Of a DNA stretch of 64,000 nt, positions 38,289 through 53,462 are shown in pieces (the first letter of the stretch is position 1; each line of letters starts with the position of its first letter). The stretch comes from Octopus bimaculoides (lineage: Eukaryota). The translations under genes were made by a program, and so were the position numbers. The stretch is from positions 57,450,969 through 57,514,968 of the forward strand of contig NC_068985.1 of NCBI RefSeq assembly GCF_001194135.2. The letters run 5' to 3'. The notes beneath the pieces were generated by a model. That model had not been told where the DNA came from. It saw only the letters and a list, made by a program, of their open reading frames with translations, and did no database searches.

Positions 38289-40189
38289 TACATGTGCTTA
38301 TATATATATATATATATATNNNNNNNNNNNNNNNNNNNNNNNNNNNNNNNNNNNNNNNNNNNNNNNNNNNNNNNNNNNNNNNNNNNNNNNNNNNNNNNNN
38401 NNNNNNNNNNNNNNNNNNNNNNNNNNNNNNNNNNNNNNTATATATATGCCTGTGCATGTATGTGAGTGTACGTGGTGTGAGTGTACGTGGTGTGTGTGTA
38501 GGTTTGTGTGTTATACATTAGGCTTACGAATTAGCTGACAGCCTAATTAGCAGACGTTTGACTTTGAGAGCTCGTAATTAATTAAACAAAATGTTCGACA
38601 ATCTCAACACATCACAGTAATTCTACAGATATTTTGACTGGTTTTTGATAGAGGTTTTAGTAGGATTTAAAGTCTGACTTCAACGTAGAGATATTGTAAT
38701 GCCCACCTATACTTATGCATTCTAAACTACATACATGTGCATGGATTCTTCCATATACAGCCTGTGTCTGCTTGTAAATATATTTACCAACCATCGCCGT
38801 AATAACAAGTAGTGTTATATGTGGAGCGAATCATGTGATGTCTCTATTTTATGTGATACGTTCCATTCGTACAGACAGCAAATGCATATATTTATAAAGT
38901 GTTAATTATTTGACATTTCGTAATCATTTATATCGATGCCAATTCCGTATCGTACTGGGACTTGTGTCGTTAAATATTTCCCAGCCACAGTTGGAGACTT
39001 AAGAATATAGAAAATAACTACTAAGCGAGGATTAGAATGTGGATCCAATCCATTCCCAGGTCGCTAAGGCAATGTAATTATGTCGATTGAATAAACTCAA
39101 TTCTTTTTCAAACTGTGTTGCTTTATAACGATTTTAGCAATCTTATTATGAGGCAATCAAATTACTTTACAACATTTAATAACAGTACCGTAGAGAAAGA
39201 CTAACATAAGTTGTTACTGGCCATAAAACACGCACAAAAAATGTCTTCCTAATTATTTTGATATGGTCCACTCGATCAACTTACTTTCTTTTTCCCCAAC
39301 GAGCAACGCATGCAACACGTCATCAATACAAACTCATGAAACAACCAATCTCTTAAAAATCTCTTTTGCAGATGCCACACACTGATTTTCTTAACGATGT
39401 AACATCAAACGATTCTTGAAGCAATCATTCTAATGTAACCATAACAAACTATCAATCTTGTTATCTTTTCAATATAATTAGAACGAACAGAAACCATTTC
39501 TAATGTAAGAATAATCAAGTAGTTCTTCTTCAGAAAGTAAACACGCTATTCATAAATGTAAACAAATCCAAGAGCCCGCCATTTTAGTACTACTATACCA
39601 GTTCCAACATACCAAGCAGAAGCGCGATACAACTAAAAACATGAATCGTTTACTCATACTTTATTGTATTTCACTACATTCACAACATAATGTTTTGTGA
39701 TACACACTAAGGATGGGAAAAGCCAAACAAGTTGTCTCCGACTAATATTTCTGTACAGGAAACAAATTGCATAGACAAGATAATCCACTTATTTAGACTG
39801 CAGTAACAGAAGCGATGGATAACGAGAATTTTAGATTTTCCGGTGAAGTGCTTGGCAATGTCTGATACGGCCCCTTTACACCATTAAAGCAACGCCATCG
39901 GTGACACTAATCTAACTATTTCTCCTCGAAATCAGGGTTTCTTTTATTTTGAAAAATTGTACATAATGAAAAAAAATCATCAAGTTCTCCGCATACAGAG
40001 TCAGTAGTTATTCAATTTGGAATAGAGTTACACAATTGGCAGACTCGCTGATATATTTTGCTGAATAACAGCTTAAAATGCATCAATTTGTAAATGAACA
40101 ATTCAGTTACGTACAGGTTCCAGCACCTATATCATTAGTGATACTTTTATGGTATCGTTAATGTATCGAACAAAATATTTTATACTATT

Positions 40190-40880
40190 TAGCTAGAATT
40201 GTGAGTGTCAGTCCTGTTCAGGCCGAAAATTAAAGTAATACCCAGGTACTGGAGATGATGCTATCGGCTAACACTGTTCCACTCAAAGCCGGTGTACTTT
40301 TGTCTAAATTAGAAAGACGGCCAGCGGGTATAATCTATAGCGCATCAGACAAAATGCTTGGCGGCATTTCTTTATCATATGGCATTAACCGTCAGTAACC
40401 TTACGCAGTTTTTATGTTCTTTACTATTGTATTTGGTATCTTTGCTTCAATAATAAAAGTTTTTATGAAGAAATCCCATAAAATCCTTTGATTATTATTC
40501 CCCATTACAGCCTCTGGCTCGTGTTCATACCATTTTTTCTCTTACTCTGCATCCAGTGATTCGATTTACTGAACCAAAATGTATTTTGATTTACTATTGA
40601 GGTAAAACTCTACAAGTCTGGAACATCAATTTTACAGAAATATTATAAAAGCAGAAGTTGCAGAAATGTTGGGACATTTGGTTACATTCCTTACCATATA
40701 GCATCAAGTTCTTTGATGCTCCATGTTCAAATCCAGCCAATGCTAAGATTTCCTAATACCCTTTTGAAGTAGGTGCTATTAATGCTATTAATACAGTAAA
40801 AATCTCTGAGTCAATTAAATCGACCAAATACCTATTTCAAAATTCTGACATTGTGCCAATGTTAAAGAACCATTATTAAT
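40190..40880 (+). mobile_element. Highly decayed SINE family B-like fragments
   Basis: Residual matches such as CAGACAAAATGCTTGGCGGCATTTC and GTTCAAATCCAGCCAA...GAGTCAATTAAATCGAC. Confidence 0.4.
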
Positions 40881-41080
40881 TCTCATACAGTGTATGTCCT
40901 AAGTTCAAACAATTCTTCTTTGAATTTCATTCAATCATACACCTACACATGTGAACACATATATACAGGTGTGTCGATGCAGAAGTACACTTATTTCATA
41001 GCAACCTGTAAATTGTTGTAGCTATGCGCAATCTGAATACTTATATATGTAATGCATATATGTGTGTGTGTGTGTATCAT

Positions 41081-41115
<35 letters not shown>

Positions 41116-41825
41116 ATATTTGTTTATATCATTAGATATATATGTATGTATACGCACATTCACATGCACGCATACACACACCCACGCTCACCCCCCTCCC
41201 ACACACACAAACACGCACACACACACTCACACACACACATGCATATTCACACCTATTTTCTGCTGAATATTACCACATACGCAGACGATTAACCATTCAA
41301 TATTGGTAATTATTTACTTTGATACAGTAAAGGAACTCTCGAAATTACCAGCGAGATCGCCTTCAGCAATATTTAACCTATAAACTGTTGAAGAATATAT
41401 AACCCGTCACTAGTGCTACAGCTAATCTTATAATGTCTATTGAAATACAAGTCTTCATTGCTTTGGAAATCGAAAGCATGGCATTACCGTTATTTGTAGA
41501 TAAAAGTTCAAATATCTACAGGCTCATTTTCAAACTGATCTTTATTGATTTCCATGTGTCGAACTGTCTCCATCTGCACTTCATTCCCTAGCTCTTTCTT
41601 TTTGCCTGTCTATAGCATTGTCAGTGTGTGTGCTGGCGATGTTCTAGCATACACAACTCTCAATAAATACTACTTCAAGCTTCTCTTCCTCACTATCACT
41701 TTCCTTCTCAGTCTGACATTCCTTCACTTTCCCTCTTCTCCCTTACCGTCTGTGTATTCATTTTTTTTCTACGATGAATTTAATTGATATATATTGTTGC
41801 TTCTAAAATCACAGTTTTTTTCCTG

Positions 41826-41970
<145 letters not shown>

Positions 41971-42058
41971 GCTAGGTAGCTTACTACTCATCTCCAAATT
42001 TTTGTCTCTCTTCCTAACTTACTGCACACATTCCTATCTACCTAGGTACATACTTGCG

Positions 42059-42119
<61 letters not shown>

Positions 42120-42988
42120 GAGGGACTAGTGGAGGGGAGGTCTGACGACACTCTCGGGGCAAACCTGGGTGTCGACGAGAAATTCCTAACCCGACTTTTC
42201 AAGACGACGTTCGAGCCGGGGCCTATGGATAATTTCCAGAGATCCCTGGCTTGGCAATGCTATCGAGACGCACTACCAGTTCGAGAGAAGATCTACAGAT
42301 ATGGTTCGAAAACCACCGGACCGACCTGCCCGAGATGCGGTCAGAGCGACGAAACCGTTCTGCATGCATTCGTGCAGTGTCCAGATNNNNNNNNNNNNNN
42401 NNNNNNNNNNNNNNNNNNNNNNNNNNNNNNNNNNNNNNNNNNNNNNNNNNNNNNNNNNNNNNNNNNNNNNNNNNNNNNNNNNNNNNNNNNNNNNNNNNNN
42501 NNNNNNNNNNNNNNNNNNNNNNNNNNNNNNNNNNNNNNNNNNNNNNNNNNNNNNNNNNNNNNNNNNNNNNNNNNNNNNNNNNNNNNNNNNNNNNNNNNNN
42601 NNNNNNNNNNNNNNNNNNNNNNNNNNNNNNNNNNNNNNNNNNNNNNNNNNNNNNNNNNNNNNNNNNNNNNNNNNNNNNNNNNNNNNNNNNNNNNNNNNNN
42701 NNNNNNNNNNNNNNNNNNNNNNNNNNNNNNNNNNNNNNNNNNNNNNNNNNNNNNNNNNNNNNNNNNNNNNNNNNNNNNNNNNNNNNNNNNNNNNNNNNNN
42801 NNNNNNNNNNNNNNNNNNNNNNNNNNNNNNNNNNNNNNNNNNNNNNNNNNNNNNNNNNNNNNNNNNNNNNNNNNNNNNNNNNNNNNNNNNNNNNNNNNNN
42901 NNNNNNNNNNNNNNNNNNNNNNNNNNNNNNNNNNNNNNNNNNNNNNNNNNNNNNNNNNNNNNNNNNNNNNNNNNNNNNNAATAAAAAG

Positions 42989-42990
<2 letters not shown>
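42120..42990 (+). mobile_element. 5'-truncated L1/Tx1-clade LINE 3' end (zf-RVT region) embedded in (TATC)n
   Basis: LAWQCYRDALPVREKIYRYGSKTTGPTCPRCGQSDETVLHAFVQCP matches the zf-RVT pattern W...LP.......C..C....ET..H.F..C and is uninterrupted over about 88 codons. After the gap, AATAAAAAGAT is followed by (TATC)n. Confidence 0.8.
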
Positions 42991-43045
<55 letters not shown>

Positions 43046-43128
43046 ATATATATATATATATCTGTCTGTCTGTCTGTCTGTCTGTCCGTCCGTCCATCCA
43101 TCCGTCTGTCTGTCTGTATGTATGTCTG

Positions 43129-43172
<44 letters not shown>

Positions 43173-43545
43173 GCCTGTACTTTTTTTTTCACATAAGCTT
43201 TCACAAACTCCAACTATTAAATACGTTGCAGGATTAATACATAGACACATATACACACAAAATCATAAAAATATATGCTTGTTCAGACATGCATATTCAC
43301 AGATTTTTATTCCAGAAGATGAGTCCGAATACAATCGCACAGTAACTACCTTCCTACACGCATCCCCTTTTCTCTTTCCCCTCTTTTCATACACCATCTT
43401 TGCATTAGAGTCGAACTAATTGCATTAGTTGTAAGTTAACATAATATATCAAAATGCCTCATGTCTCTCTGAGCAAACGTGGAAGAGCTTCCAAATACAC
43501 TATGTACACTCTCTGTAGTAGATGCAAGTGTAACCTCTTTTCCTT

Positions 43546-43595
<50 letters not shown>

Positions 43596-44202
43596 ATATA
43601 TATATATATATATATNNNNNNNNNNNNNNNNNNNNNNNNNNNNNNNNNNNNNNNNNNNNNNNNNNNNNNNNNNNNNNNNNNNNNNNNNNNNNNNNNNNNN
43701 NNNNNNNNNNNNNNNNNNNNNNNNNNNNNNNNNNNNNNNNNNNNNNNNNNNNNNNNNNNNNNNNNNNNNNNNNNNNNNNNNNNNNNNNNNNNNNNNNNNN
43801 NNNNNNNNNNNNNNNNNNNNNNNNNNNNNNNNNNNNNNNNNNNNNNNNNNNNNNNNNNNNNNNNNNNNNNNNNNNNNNNNNNNNNNNNNNNNNNNNNNNN
43901 NNNNNNNNNNNNNNNNNNNNNNNNNNNNNNNNNNNNNNNNNNNNNNNNNNNNNNNNNNNNNNNNNNNNNNNNNNNNNNNNNNNNNNNNNNNNNNNNNNNN
44001 NNNNNNNNNNNNNNNNNNNNNNNNNNNNNNNNNNNNNNNNNNNNNNNNNNNNNNNNNNNNNNNNNNNNNNNNNNNNNNNNNNNNNNNNNNNNNNNNNNNN
44101 NNNNNNNNNNNNNNNNNNNNNNNNNNNNNNNNNNNNNNNNNNNNNNNNNNNNNNNNNNNNNNNNNNNNNNNNNNNNNNNNNNNNNNNNNNNNNNNNNNNN
44201 NN

Positions 44203-44288
<86 letters not shown>

Positions 44289-44454
44289 ACAAGATTCAAT
44301 TGAATAAAGTACTTAAAGGTGAGGCACCTAGTTAGGTCGGAATAAAATGCCCACACAACAATTATAGATGCATACCAACTTTGGTACAGAGATGCTGGCA
44401 GAATGATATTCGGGTCATTTATGCAATTAATTGGACCCGATGGAGCATAGAATC

Positions 44455-44602
44455 CGCTGGGAGTCATTTTCAGTTACTTAGTTTGGTGCAGTGTGGACTC
44501 TAGTGTTTCGCTTCAGAACACAACGCACCACCCAATCAGCGAATAGAAATCATGATCTTACCATTGTGCGTGCTACTACTAAACACTAGGCCACACATCT
44601 TT
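44455..44602 (-). mobile_element. SINE family C copy (diverged)
   Basis: Minus strand GTGTGGCCTAGTGTTTAG...GATTTCTATTCGC...GCGTTGTGTTCTGAAGCGAAACACT...CACTGCACCAAACTAAGTAACTGAAAATGAC. Confidence 0.65.
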
Positions 44603-47600
44603 ACCCAAGAATAGTCACAGAATATTTATTTAATATTGTATTTATATTATCAAACTTATTTTCATCTTGAGTACAATGAGGAAATTCAAAATATCACTGA
44701 ATAGTTTGCACTTCAAAATAAGTACATATAAACATATATGTTAGAACATATAATGGGAAAAGGGAGAATAAAGAGTTAAAAAGGAATACATAATAATGTA
44801 TTTTGATATTTTTTTGCCGGAGCCGAAAGTTATTATTAAAGTAAAATGAGATCAGATGAATATTTCTTTCCAATTACGTGATTATAGTATGTAGGTTTAA
44901 ATTATAAACTGAAGTGAAAGAAGCCAGCATTCAAAGGTTAAGTAAGATTAAATTTTATTTTGAAAATAATCCGATAGGAAAAATAGTCGACATAAGAAGA
45001 AAGGAAAATAAATTTCTGAAAATCATAGATAATTCACCTAACGTCTTTCCATCTTTATTTTCTTTTCATTTTTCCAGCTAAGGGGAAAGAAAATAAATTA
45101 AATAAATTTTGAATTGACAATAAATATTGTAATGAGCCCTGAAGTAATTTGGAAGCATTTGCTACTAATGCATCAATTATCAATATTTTCCTATTCATGG
45201 CTCCAGAAACATTTTCACGAAATATACGATAAGATATGAAAGAAAGATAAACTACTCAGTGGTTGAATATAAAAGTGAGGTCGGAGACAAAAATGGCTAC
45301 TTTCCTAAATGGTTACGTTCTTTTCATATAGGCAAAGGATGCATTTTCACGTGATATTCTGTAGTAGCTTAGTAAGTTACACGTTTGAATTAATCTTTCT
45401 TAGATACTAATTTACCCCTACTCCACATCCATTGTCTAGTATTGAGATAATAATTTTATAGGACTAATTGTTTAGAATTAATCACACGATATTTAGAATA
45501 TTAGAACAAAATCTATTGTGTGTACTTAGTGTCTCAGAGAAAATCCGATCAGCATTGTAAAGTATGTACCATATAGAATAGTTAAACTCAAATTTAGTTG
45601 AAATCGCAGACTAGCGTTTTTTGTTTTTTTTTTAGATTTGTAAACGTTTTGTTTAACACACACCACTAATGATTCCTAATTGTTACTTCAACGTAATAAC
45701 GTGTTTGTCATTATAGTATGTCTGTGAAGAATAAATGTTTTTTAGCTGTCTTAACTATTTTTTTACATTCACAGTTTTTTTTTATCCACGTACGTTCATA
45801 TCCACGTACTTTAGGTGGCAGATCAGTAATGTATCATGTTTCAGATTAAAAGTCCTTCTAGGCATTGTGTCGACTCTAAAGATATTATAATGAATGGAAT
45901 ACAAAACTGCTGTCAAATTGCAAAAAGAAAAATAGTGTAAAATAAAATAAAAACAAACACGTAGTACATGAAAATATTTTATCACTTTTGCTCTGAGCGT
46001 GACAAATAACTTTTAGCATCGAAACATTGCAGCGTCTTGCGACTGTGGAATGACAAATAGCCTGGAAATGCCTGAAGATGTCATGAAAAAACTTTGAAAC
46101 AACAATAGTTTAGGATTGCAAATTTTCTCTCATCTTATATAACACTACCATGTTAAATATTTCATTAGTTTTGTCACCTTTATTTAAAAAGGAAACAGAG
46201 GTGACTTTCAAATATTCTGTCAATTAGGAAAATCTTTGTAAAAACGATGTTTTTTTCAGAGTTGATGGTGAAGTCCACTTCGTGATATGTCGTTTCGTTT
46301 ACCATTATAGTAACAATTTCATTTTTAACACAGAAATTAGATATAACTTAAATCAGTTTCAGTTGTATGTAAACATCTTTAACAATTTCTTGTTATCTGA
46401 ATGATACGAAATGTGATAAAACCTCCCATTATCTTTCCCTTACGTTGTTAAAACTATCACAACATACACCCGATATATGAGACATTAAAAAAATATAAAT
46501 ATGGGAGTTATTTGCAATACAATGCATTTAATGAAAATTGTTTAACTTTGACGTGTTTAAAGACTTCCTTAGTCCCGACCTACGGAGATATTATGATAGA
46601 TTTATAATTTGTTTAAGCCATAGTTTGAGCATGTGTATGAGCATTACCTACCTTTTCATAACAAAAATATCTTATTTTCCAATCTTCTAGAATATATTAC
46701 AGGTTTACTTTCGAATTTCTGTTCTAGCATCAGCAGTTAACTCTTCCCGAGGAGATAAATAACATACTAACACTTATTAGCTAACAACGCATAGCATAAT
46801 TAGAAAAAAAAAAACTTTAAAACACAGAACAAAAGCATTCCGTTCCATTATTTTCAAACTATCGACAGAATACATTCTCAAACGAACTGCTTGCAACATT
46901 TTCATTCTCTGTTTTTATTCCTATCCTTCATTCATTGATTATTCCGATATTTTTATATTTTCCTCCAGAAATGCAACTCGTACATCGCTGTCTGCAAAAC
47001 GTTATCATAAAATATCCATTCTCTGTATTGAATAGTAATTTCATAATTGGATTTTCTTCTTTCTTTTATTTTTTTGTTATATTTCTTCAGTTAATGTTTT
47101 CGATTAAGCGACTTTGTTTTTGTTTGGGATAATCTTTGTCTTTCATTATAAATGTGATTTTGATTTTTTCAGATTTTCATTTTGTGTTTAATTGTCTGTA
47201 TAGCCGAAAAGGGTTTTGTAATAATAGGTTGATAAATCATCATTCGGCGGTCGAGAATAGGCAATACTGGTTGCATAGAGTGGTTTATTTAAACGAGAGA
47301 ACCAAATAAATTTGGAAAATGATAAATCATTAGTTCCTTCTTTAAAAAGAGAGAAAATAATGAAAACAATTAATTTAATCACATTAGTGTTAAATTAGAT
47401 TTATTTTCACTCTAAATACATATATCTGCTGAATTATCTACGATTATATGTACACATAACATGCACAGAACATACATGTATACACTCAAACATATACAGA
47501 TTCAGAGAAAAGCACAAATTTCTTTAAAATAAGGAACGTATAATCGTATTCAACTAATTCGCCGAAACTTACATACGGAAAGATATACGCTGCATAAATA

Positions 47601-50580
47601 TTCTCAAGAGAAAATCTCTGTTTCTTAAAATAGAATGAGAAACGCACTGTTGGACTGTGAATGACGTCATATGATCTTAGGTAACATGCATTCTTCTGTT
47701 AATGCTCGTCGTCAGATAAGCGATAACCACTAAGAACACGCTTCTCATATATTACAAAAGCAAATGATATATTTGCCGATGTACACGAAGCTTTGTTAAC
47801 CTGCAATGTATGAATGACAAACGCACTAAGCAGCGTTGAATTTAACATAGGTGTTTACAGTAACACTTAACGGGCTCCCGTATACTCTGGTTTGGATAAA
47901 GAATATTCTGCAAATATTGTCTACTAAGCAAGTAAAACAAATATCGCTACGCTTACGTATAACAGAACTCTTCTGGCTAAGATAATAAAAGACAACACGC
48001 CATTGTAATGTCTTCAGTGTAGAGTGCTTAAGTGCAAGGATACTTAATATAGTCAATGTTTGTTATTAACCCGGCAATAATGTTCGTTTCGTTGTTGTTT
48101 TGTCATAATCGTCCCTGATAGGGCGACCCATATACATAATCACATGCGTTCAAACCACTAACGATGTTTTCTGAGCTATCCCTTATCTTATTTTATTGTG
48201 CAGGAAGAGTGTAATTTGAGGGAGGTTCGTCTACTCGTCTGCTCAAGGCGACAGCTTTAACATGCATCTGAGGAGCTACTCTATTTTGTAGAGTACAATG
48301 AATGTATATTTATATTTATATAAATGTATGTTTATAGTTAAAACATACACGCGCGCACACGCACACACATGTGTGTGTATGCATTTGTGCATGAGTGAAT
48401 CTGTTGAGGAAGAGTATGTGTGTGACGCAACATCATAATTTTACTGGTACATACTTGCTGAAGAAAGGCTTTATTTAAATTGTAAAAGTTTCCCGCTAAT
48501 ATACGCAAAATAGTTTGCATTTTCTTCCTCTGTATCTTCTTGAAGAATAACATCTGGGTTTCTAATATTCCTATCAGGAAGAAATTTGGTTGTCTGTGAT
48601 AGCGTGTCTAACATAAAAGAAAAGCAAATACGAATTTAAATCCCGAATCGAATTTTTGTTATAGCTATTTGCACACTATTTTTGAGTTGAATTTTCTTCG
48701 TTCAAAAGTATATTTCTCGAAATTTTAATTACGACTGCCTAACATTTTGTTTCAGAAATTATTGAAGATAATTTTATAATTTATTTTCTAATTTTAGTGT
48801 GTTATATCTTACCTGATATATTGATACTTAATGATAAATGAGTGAAATTGGAATATTTTTATAAGAATTTCTTCATTAGGATTTATACAATAGTCTGTAA
48901 TATACGTTTGCTTTAAAATGCAATTGAAAGTGTGTGAAGAACGTATTGCAGAATTCAGGGGGAATCTCTAGTGCAAATTACAATCAAATGTACACTTAAA
49001 AGCTCCAAATGTATAAAAAAAGAAATGGGTAGGCGGAAAGAACGAAGAGGTAGGTTTTATTTGACGGGAATTGAGAGGGAAGAAAAAAGTAAAAGAAGAA
49101 ATATTGTATGAAGGACACACACAAACACACACACGCACACGCACACATACACACACATGCACACGTACATGTGCATACACATAATTTGAGTTAGAATATA
49201 AAAATATATAAATAGATGTGTGAGTAAAACAATAAATAAATACACGAATATAAAGGTAATAAGGCGCGTGAAAAGAAAGCAGTGAGGCTAAAAGAAAATG
49301 ATATTAAATGAATAGAAAAGGATATGAAAAATCTTATGAAATATAAAGGAAAAGGAATTTTATATGGCAATAGTGAGTGGAAATGCAGTGTGCAGCTTAG
49401 ACAGTCGGTGCAATGGAGAGAATGAAAAAAAAAAACATACAAACCAAATGTTAAATCTCGTCTACTTAGGTAGACAAACAAGGAAGAAATAATTCAGTTG
49501 AGTAGAGAAACAAACGGTCATAAACGATAGAAATTAGAAAAGCAGGAATCAATGACTGAAGAATATGTTTGCAAGAAATCAAAAATTCGTGTCTTTCGTT
49601 TAGTGTACGTTCGGTTCATGATCAAATAAGTAATATGAGCAACAACATTTATAAAGCGGTACAAGCTTAATAAGTCTAGGTCGAGCTGACTATTTCAAGA
49701 GACAAATGTATTTGGATAAACTCGTTTCTCTTGATGAAAGCGTATTTTGAATTTATTCGCAGTTTCTCCGCTGTAAGTTATGAGTTTTATGCTATTGCCT
49801 GCCAGCGCCGTTTATTTATTTATTTATTTTATTCACGTATTAAAATTTCAAATAAATTTCAGAAAAAAATCTAACGGCAAAAATAGTCACAGATATGAAA
49901 CATTTAAGACGAAATGGACCAATGGACCACAGTCTAGCAGACCGTATTCATACCGAAAATCAATATTCGGGGAGTTCGAGAAGGGATCTAACAAAGGGAC
50001 TATGTCACTGGTCAAGTCTCTGTTAATGAAAATCGTAGCATCGCATGAAAGAAATTTACAGTTGAAGTGAGCAAATTCGTGTATTATTTTATGGTTCTTC
50101 CATGATGTAATAACTTTGATTTATGCACAATCTTCTTATACACTTCATTAGTTTTATCCTCCTATTCATTGCACTTTACTTGATTTAAATTCTTAAATAT
50201 AAAGAGCTTAAATTTTCTGCTTATTTTTTCTTTTTCCCAACTGAGTCAAGTGTAAAACAAAACAGCTTATATAAAATTCTATATAGCAATTTCTGATCAA
50301 TCGTTGTGAACAGGATTCACAGGAAAAACAAGATGTACAAACAAATTTAGGTACATAGCTTGCGGAATATTATAGTAAATATTTGATAATATTTCGGAGC
50401 AAACTCAAGTGATTTGCATCTATATTTTTTTAATGTTCTCTGTGTGTCTATGTATACACATAAAAGTATGAACACATACACACACTTTCTTGCTCAGACA
50501 CACATATATGTATGCATGCATGCATATATGCATATTTGAATATTTATACACACATGCCAATGTCTATAGCTATCAAAATT

Positions 50581-50697
50581 CTCTTTCCCACTCACTCACT
50601 CACTCACTCACTCACTCACTCAATCACTCACTCACTCACTCACTCAATCAATCAATCATGAATTAATCAATTAATCAATCAAAGAATGAATGAATGA

Positions 50698-50757
<60 letters not shown>

Positions 50758-50770
50758 GTATGTATGTATG
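50581..50770. repeat. Compound tetranucleotide array (CACT)n-(CAAT)n-(GAAT)n-(TATC)n-(TATG)n
   Basis: Directly visible. Confidence 0.95.
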
Positions 50771-50823
50771 TGTGTTTGTATACATATATCTATAGATATA
50801 TGCATATATATGCNNNNNNNNNN

Positions 50824-50870
<47 letters not shown>

Positions 50871-51054
50871 CACACACACACTCATGTATAAACATACTCG
50901 TATATATATATGAGTGTGCATATATATGTATGTATATACTATATATATATATGGGTGTGTGTGCATATATATGTATATATAAAAATGAACACATATGTAT
51001 GTATATATATATATGTGTGTGTGTGTGTGTATGTATATGTGCGTATACACACAC

Positions 51055-51096
<42 letters not shown>

Positions 51097-53302
51097 TCTG
51101 CTTATATATTCTAAGTCACTCGCTGAACGTATATTTGAATATAACCAAGATACATAAATATTCTTATAAATGTTTATATTAAGAGAACGCGTTACACACA
51201 CAAATACACACGCTGAAAGAGAGACACACACTTTCACACACTCTAACATGCGTATAAGGAGGAGAAGAGGGAAAGAGAGAGAAAGGGAGAATTTGTAGTA
51301 GAAGAGGAGTGAGCGTAAACGTAAATAAACGGGAAATAAACGCAAGCAGTGAAGATATTCCTATCAAAATATAAGAAGGCAGTTCAAGAGATATGCAAAC
51401 AAACAATGTGTATAGTGAAGAAATAGATGATGAGTTATGGGGATAGTGTCTATGTTTGCATGTAATCGTAACGTAATAGAGATAAATGCAGCTGCTGGTT
51501 ACAGAACAAGAAATATTTCGGGTCAATAAAATGTAATAATCATGATATTTATGTGCAGTTTATGAGCACATATCAATATCATAGAGTTGTTACATCTTCA
51601 TGTAAAATTCAATTGTTGGACAGAGTGATTAAAAATACCCCCTCTCGCTCTTTAAATGTCACGGATAATTATACGATGTATACTAATTTTATATTCTATT
51701 TCTATTCATCGAATATTTAAGGATGCATTTAAACTTATCACAGGAATATGGAGTCTCAGTGATGAGAAACATGACGCGATCTTAATTATATCTGTGCTCA
51801 TAGTTTCACTTGTCATCTACAAGACATCATAAATAAATAATTATATACTTACCAGTCCAGTATCTGCATTAGTTACATTTATTGTCATGCATGTGACCAT
51901 GAATCCTTCAATCATTCAAATTTTAGAATTCTCCATTGTTATATATATAATGTGAACAGCCAGTGAATATTTTATGTTTCGTCGCATGATTGCCATAATC
52001 TTTATGGGGAAAACGCCGTTTAACTTTACGACTTTGCTACTACTGGCTGAGTTTATTATAGCTATACTCTGCAGCACGCACTAACGTCTCAAGTTTTCCA
52101 TAGCTCATATATATTGTCTGTACTACAGTGTAGAGTCTACCCTAGATCTCGTCCTTAATATATACTACCGTATCAAGCCTATCCTTGCTCTTTTCTGTTG
52201 TTTGATTTGAGAAATGTGGTTAAATTTTCAGATAACCTACACTATTTTGACACAGTTATGATTTTAGAACCCGATTTTTGATGCAGATACAGAGTCAATA
52301 ATATTTGTGATGGCTATCACTAAGGGGACTTACTATATAACATGGGAACAACACCTCAGTTTTGGAATGACTGCGTTACTTATTCGTACATGAATAAAAA
52401 ATGATGGTTGAGGTAGAAAACAGGAAGAGGAAAAGAGGAATCATTAAACATAAGAGAATACATACACTGGGAACAAATATGAGTTGTCTGGACTGGGAAA
52501 CAATGTGGGTTAAAGAACATATATAACTATATATAACTATCATCAGTTACCAAACGGATATCATTATTGTTTCGATACTTAGGCAGGACCATGCAACCCA
52601 GTGTTGATAGCTGCGTTAAAAAGACAAACGCTTTGTGAAAATCATTAGCAATCAGCAGGAATGAAACATTAACATAATTTGTTCATTTTGTCAACATCTG
52701 CTTATTACTGTAAGCAACAATACCAAAGTAAACTCATGGTTACAGTACAGTACCTGGAACGAAGAATTCACTCCAGAGAAGGATATTGTGATCTTTCAAA
52801 AATTATAATGCAGAAGATGAAGCGAACTAAATATGTTACAGAAAATACTAATTCAACCTTCGATACTTGACAAGATAACACCAACTCAAGGAATAGCAAA
52901 ACAAGAACTAAGAACACATGGACTATACAGCGAGCATAGAATAAGGGATAGATTATTTGTCCATCTATATCATATCGCAAACATGTCACGACAGCTAATA
53001 CAATTCTAATAAAATCGGGGGAATATTATATTCTTAACCGACATCGTCGAACAAGTTACAAGGAAAACGACAAGCATAGTATCTGTAAAATATATGTTCA
53101 CTATCATAAAATAAATTAACCGAATAAATTGCTAATGCAAAACGAAAATAAACTTAATTAATAAAAATAGAATGAGAATCAATTTCGATTATATACAATT
53201 ATATATAAAATATGTATAAACCTAAGAAGACATGGCAAAAAGTACCAAACTAAAATAACTAAGAAAAGGACCTAACTACACGCACACAACTACAAATAGA
53301 AG

Positions 53303-53462
53303 ATGCGATTCTTTCAGTTTCCATCAACGAAATACACACACGGTTTTGGTCTGCCTCAGGTTATAGTAGAAGATATTTGCGTAAGGGACCACGCAGTGGG
53401 ACTAACCCCGAAATCCTCTGGCTGGCAAGCAAACCTCTTACCAGACAGTTACAGGTGCGGCT
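53303..53462 (-). mobile_element. SINE family A, 5' half
   Basis: Plus strand CTTTCAGTTTCCATC...TTGGTCTGCCTCAGGTTATAGTAGAAGA...CCACGCAGTGGGACTAACCCC...GCAAACCTCTTACC. Confidence 0.8.

Noticed and set aside
44503-44516. CTGAAGCGAAAC (minus) and CTGAGCGAAAC (about 58162) as hammerhead cores
   Set aside because: They are the internal CTTGAGCAAAACACT-type segment of SINE family C and have no flanking stems.
49780-50070. 96-aa ORF with a possible TTTCAG acceptor near 49862
   Set aside because: Poor polypyrimidine tract and no recognisable peptide in any frame.
51853-51863. Possible 11-nt minus-strand microexon with GTAAGT donor
   Set aside because: No polypyrimidine tract, not frame-preserving, and easily due to chance.
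52440-52520. EYIHWE / KYEL peptide traces resembling the R4/Dong zinc-knuckle region
   Set aside because: Too short and frameshifted to distinguish from chance.
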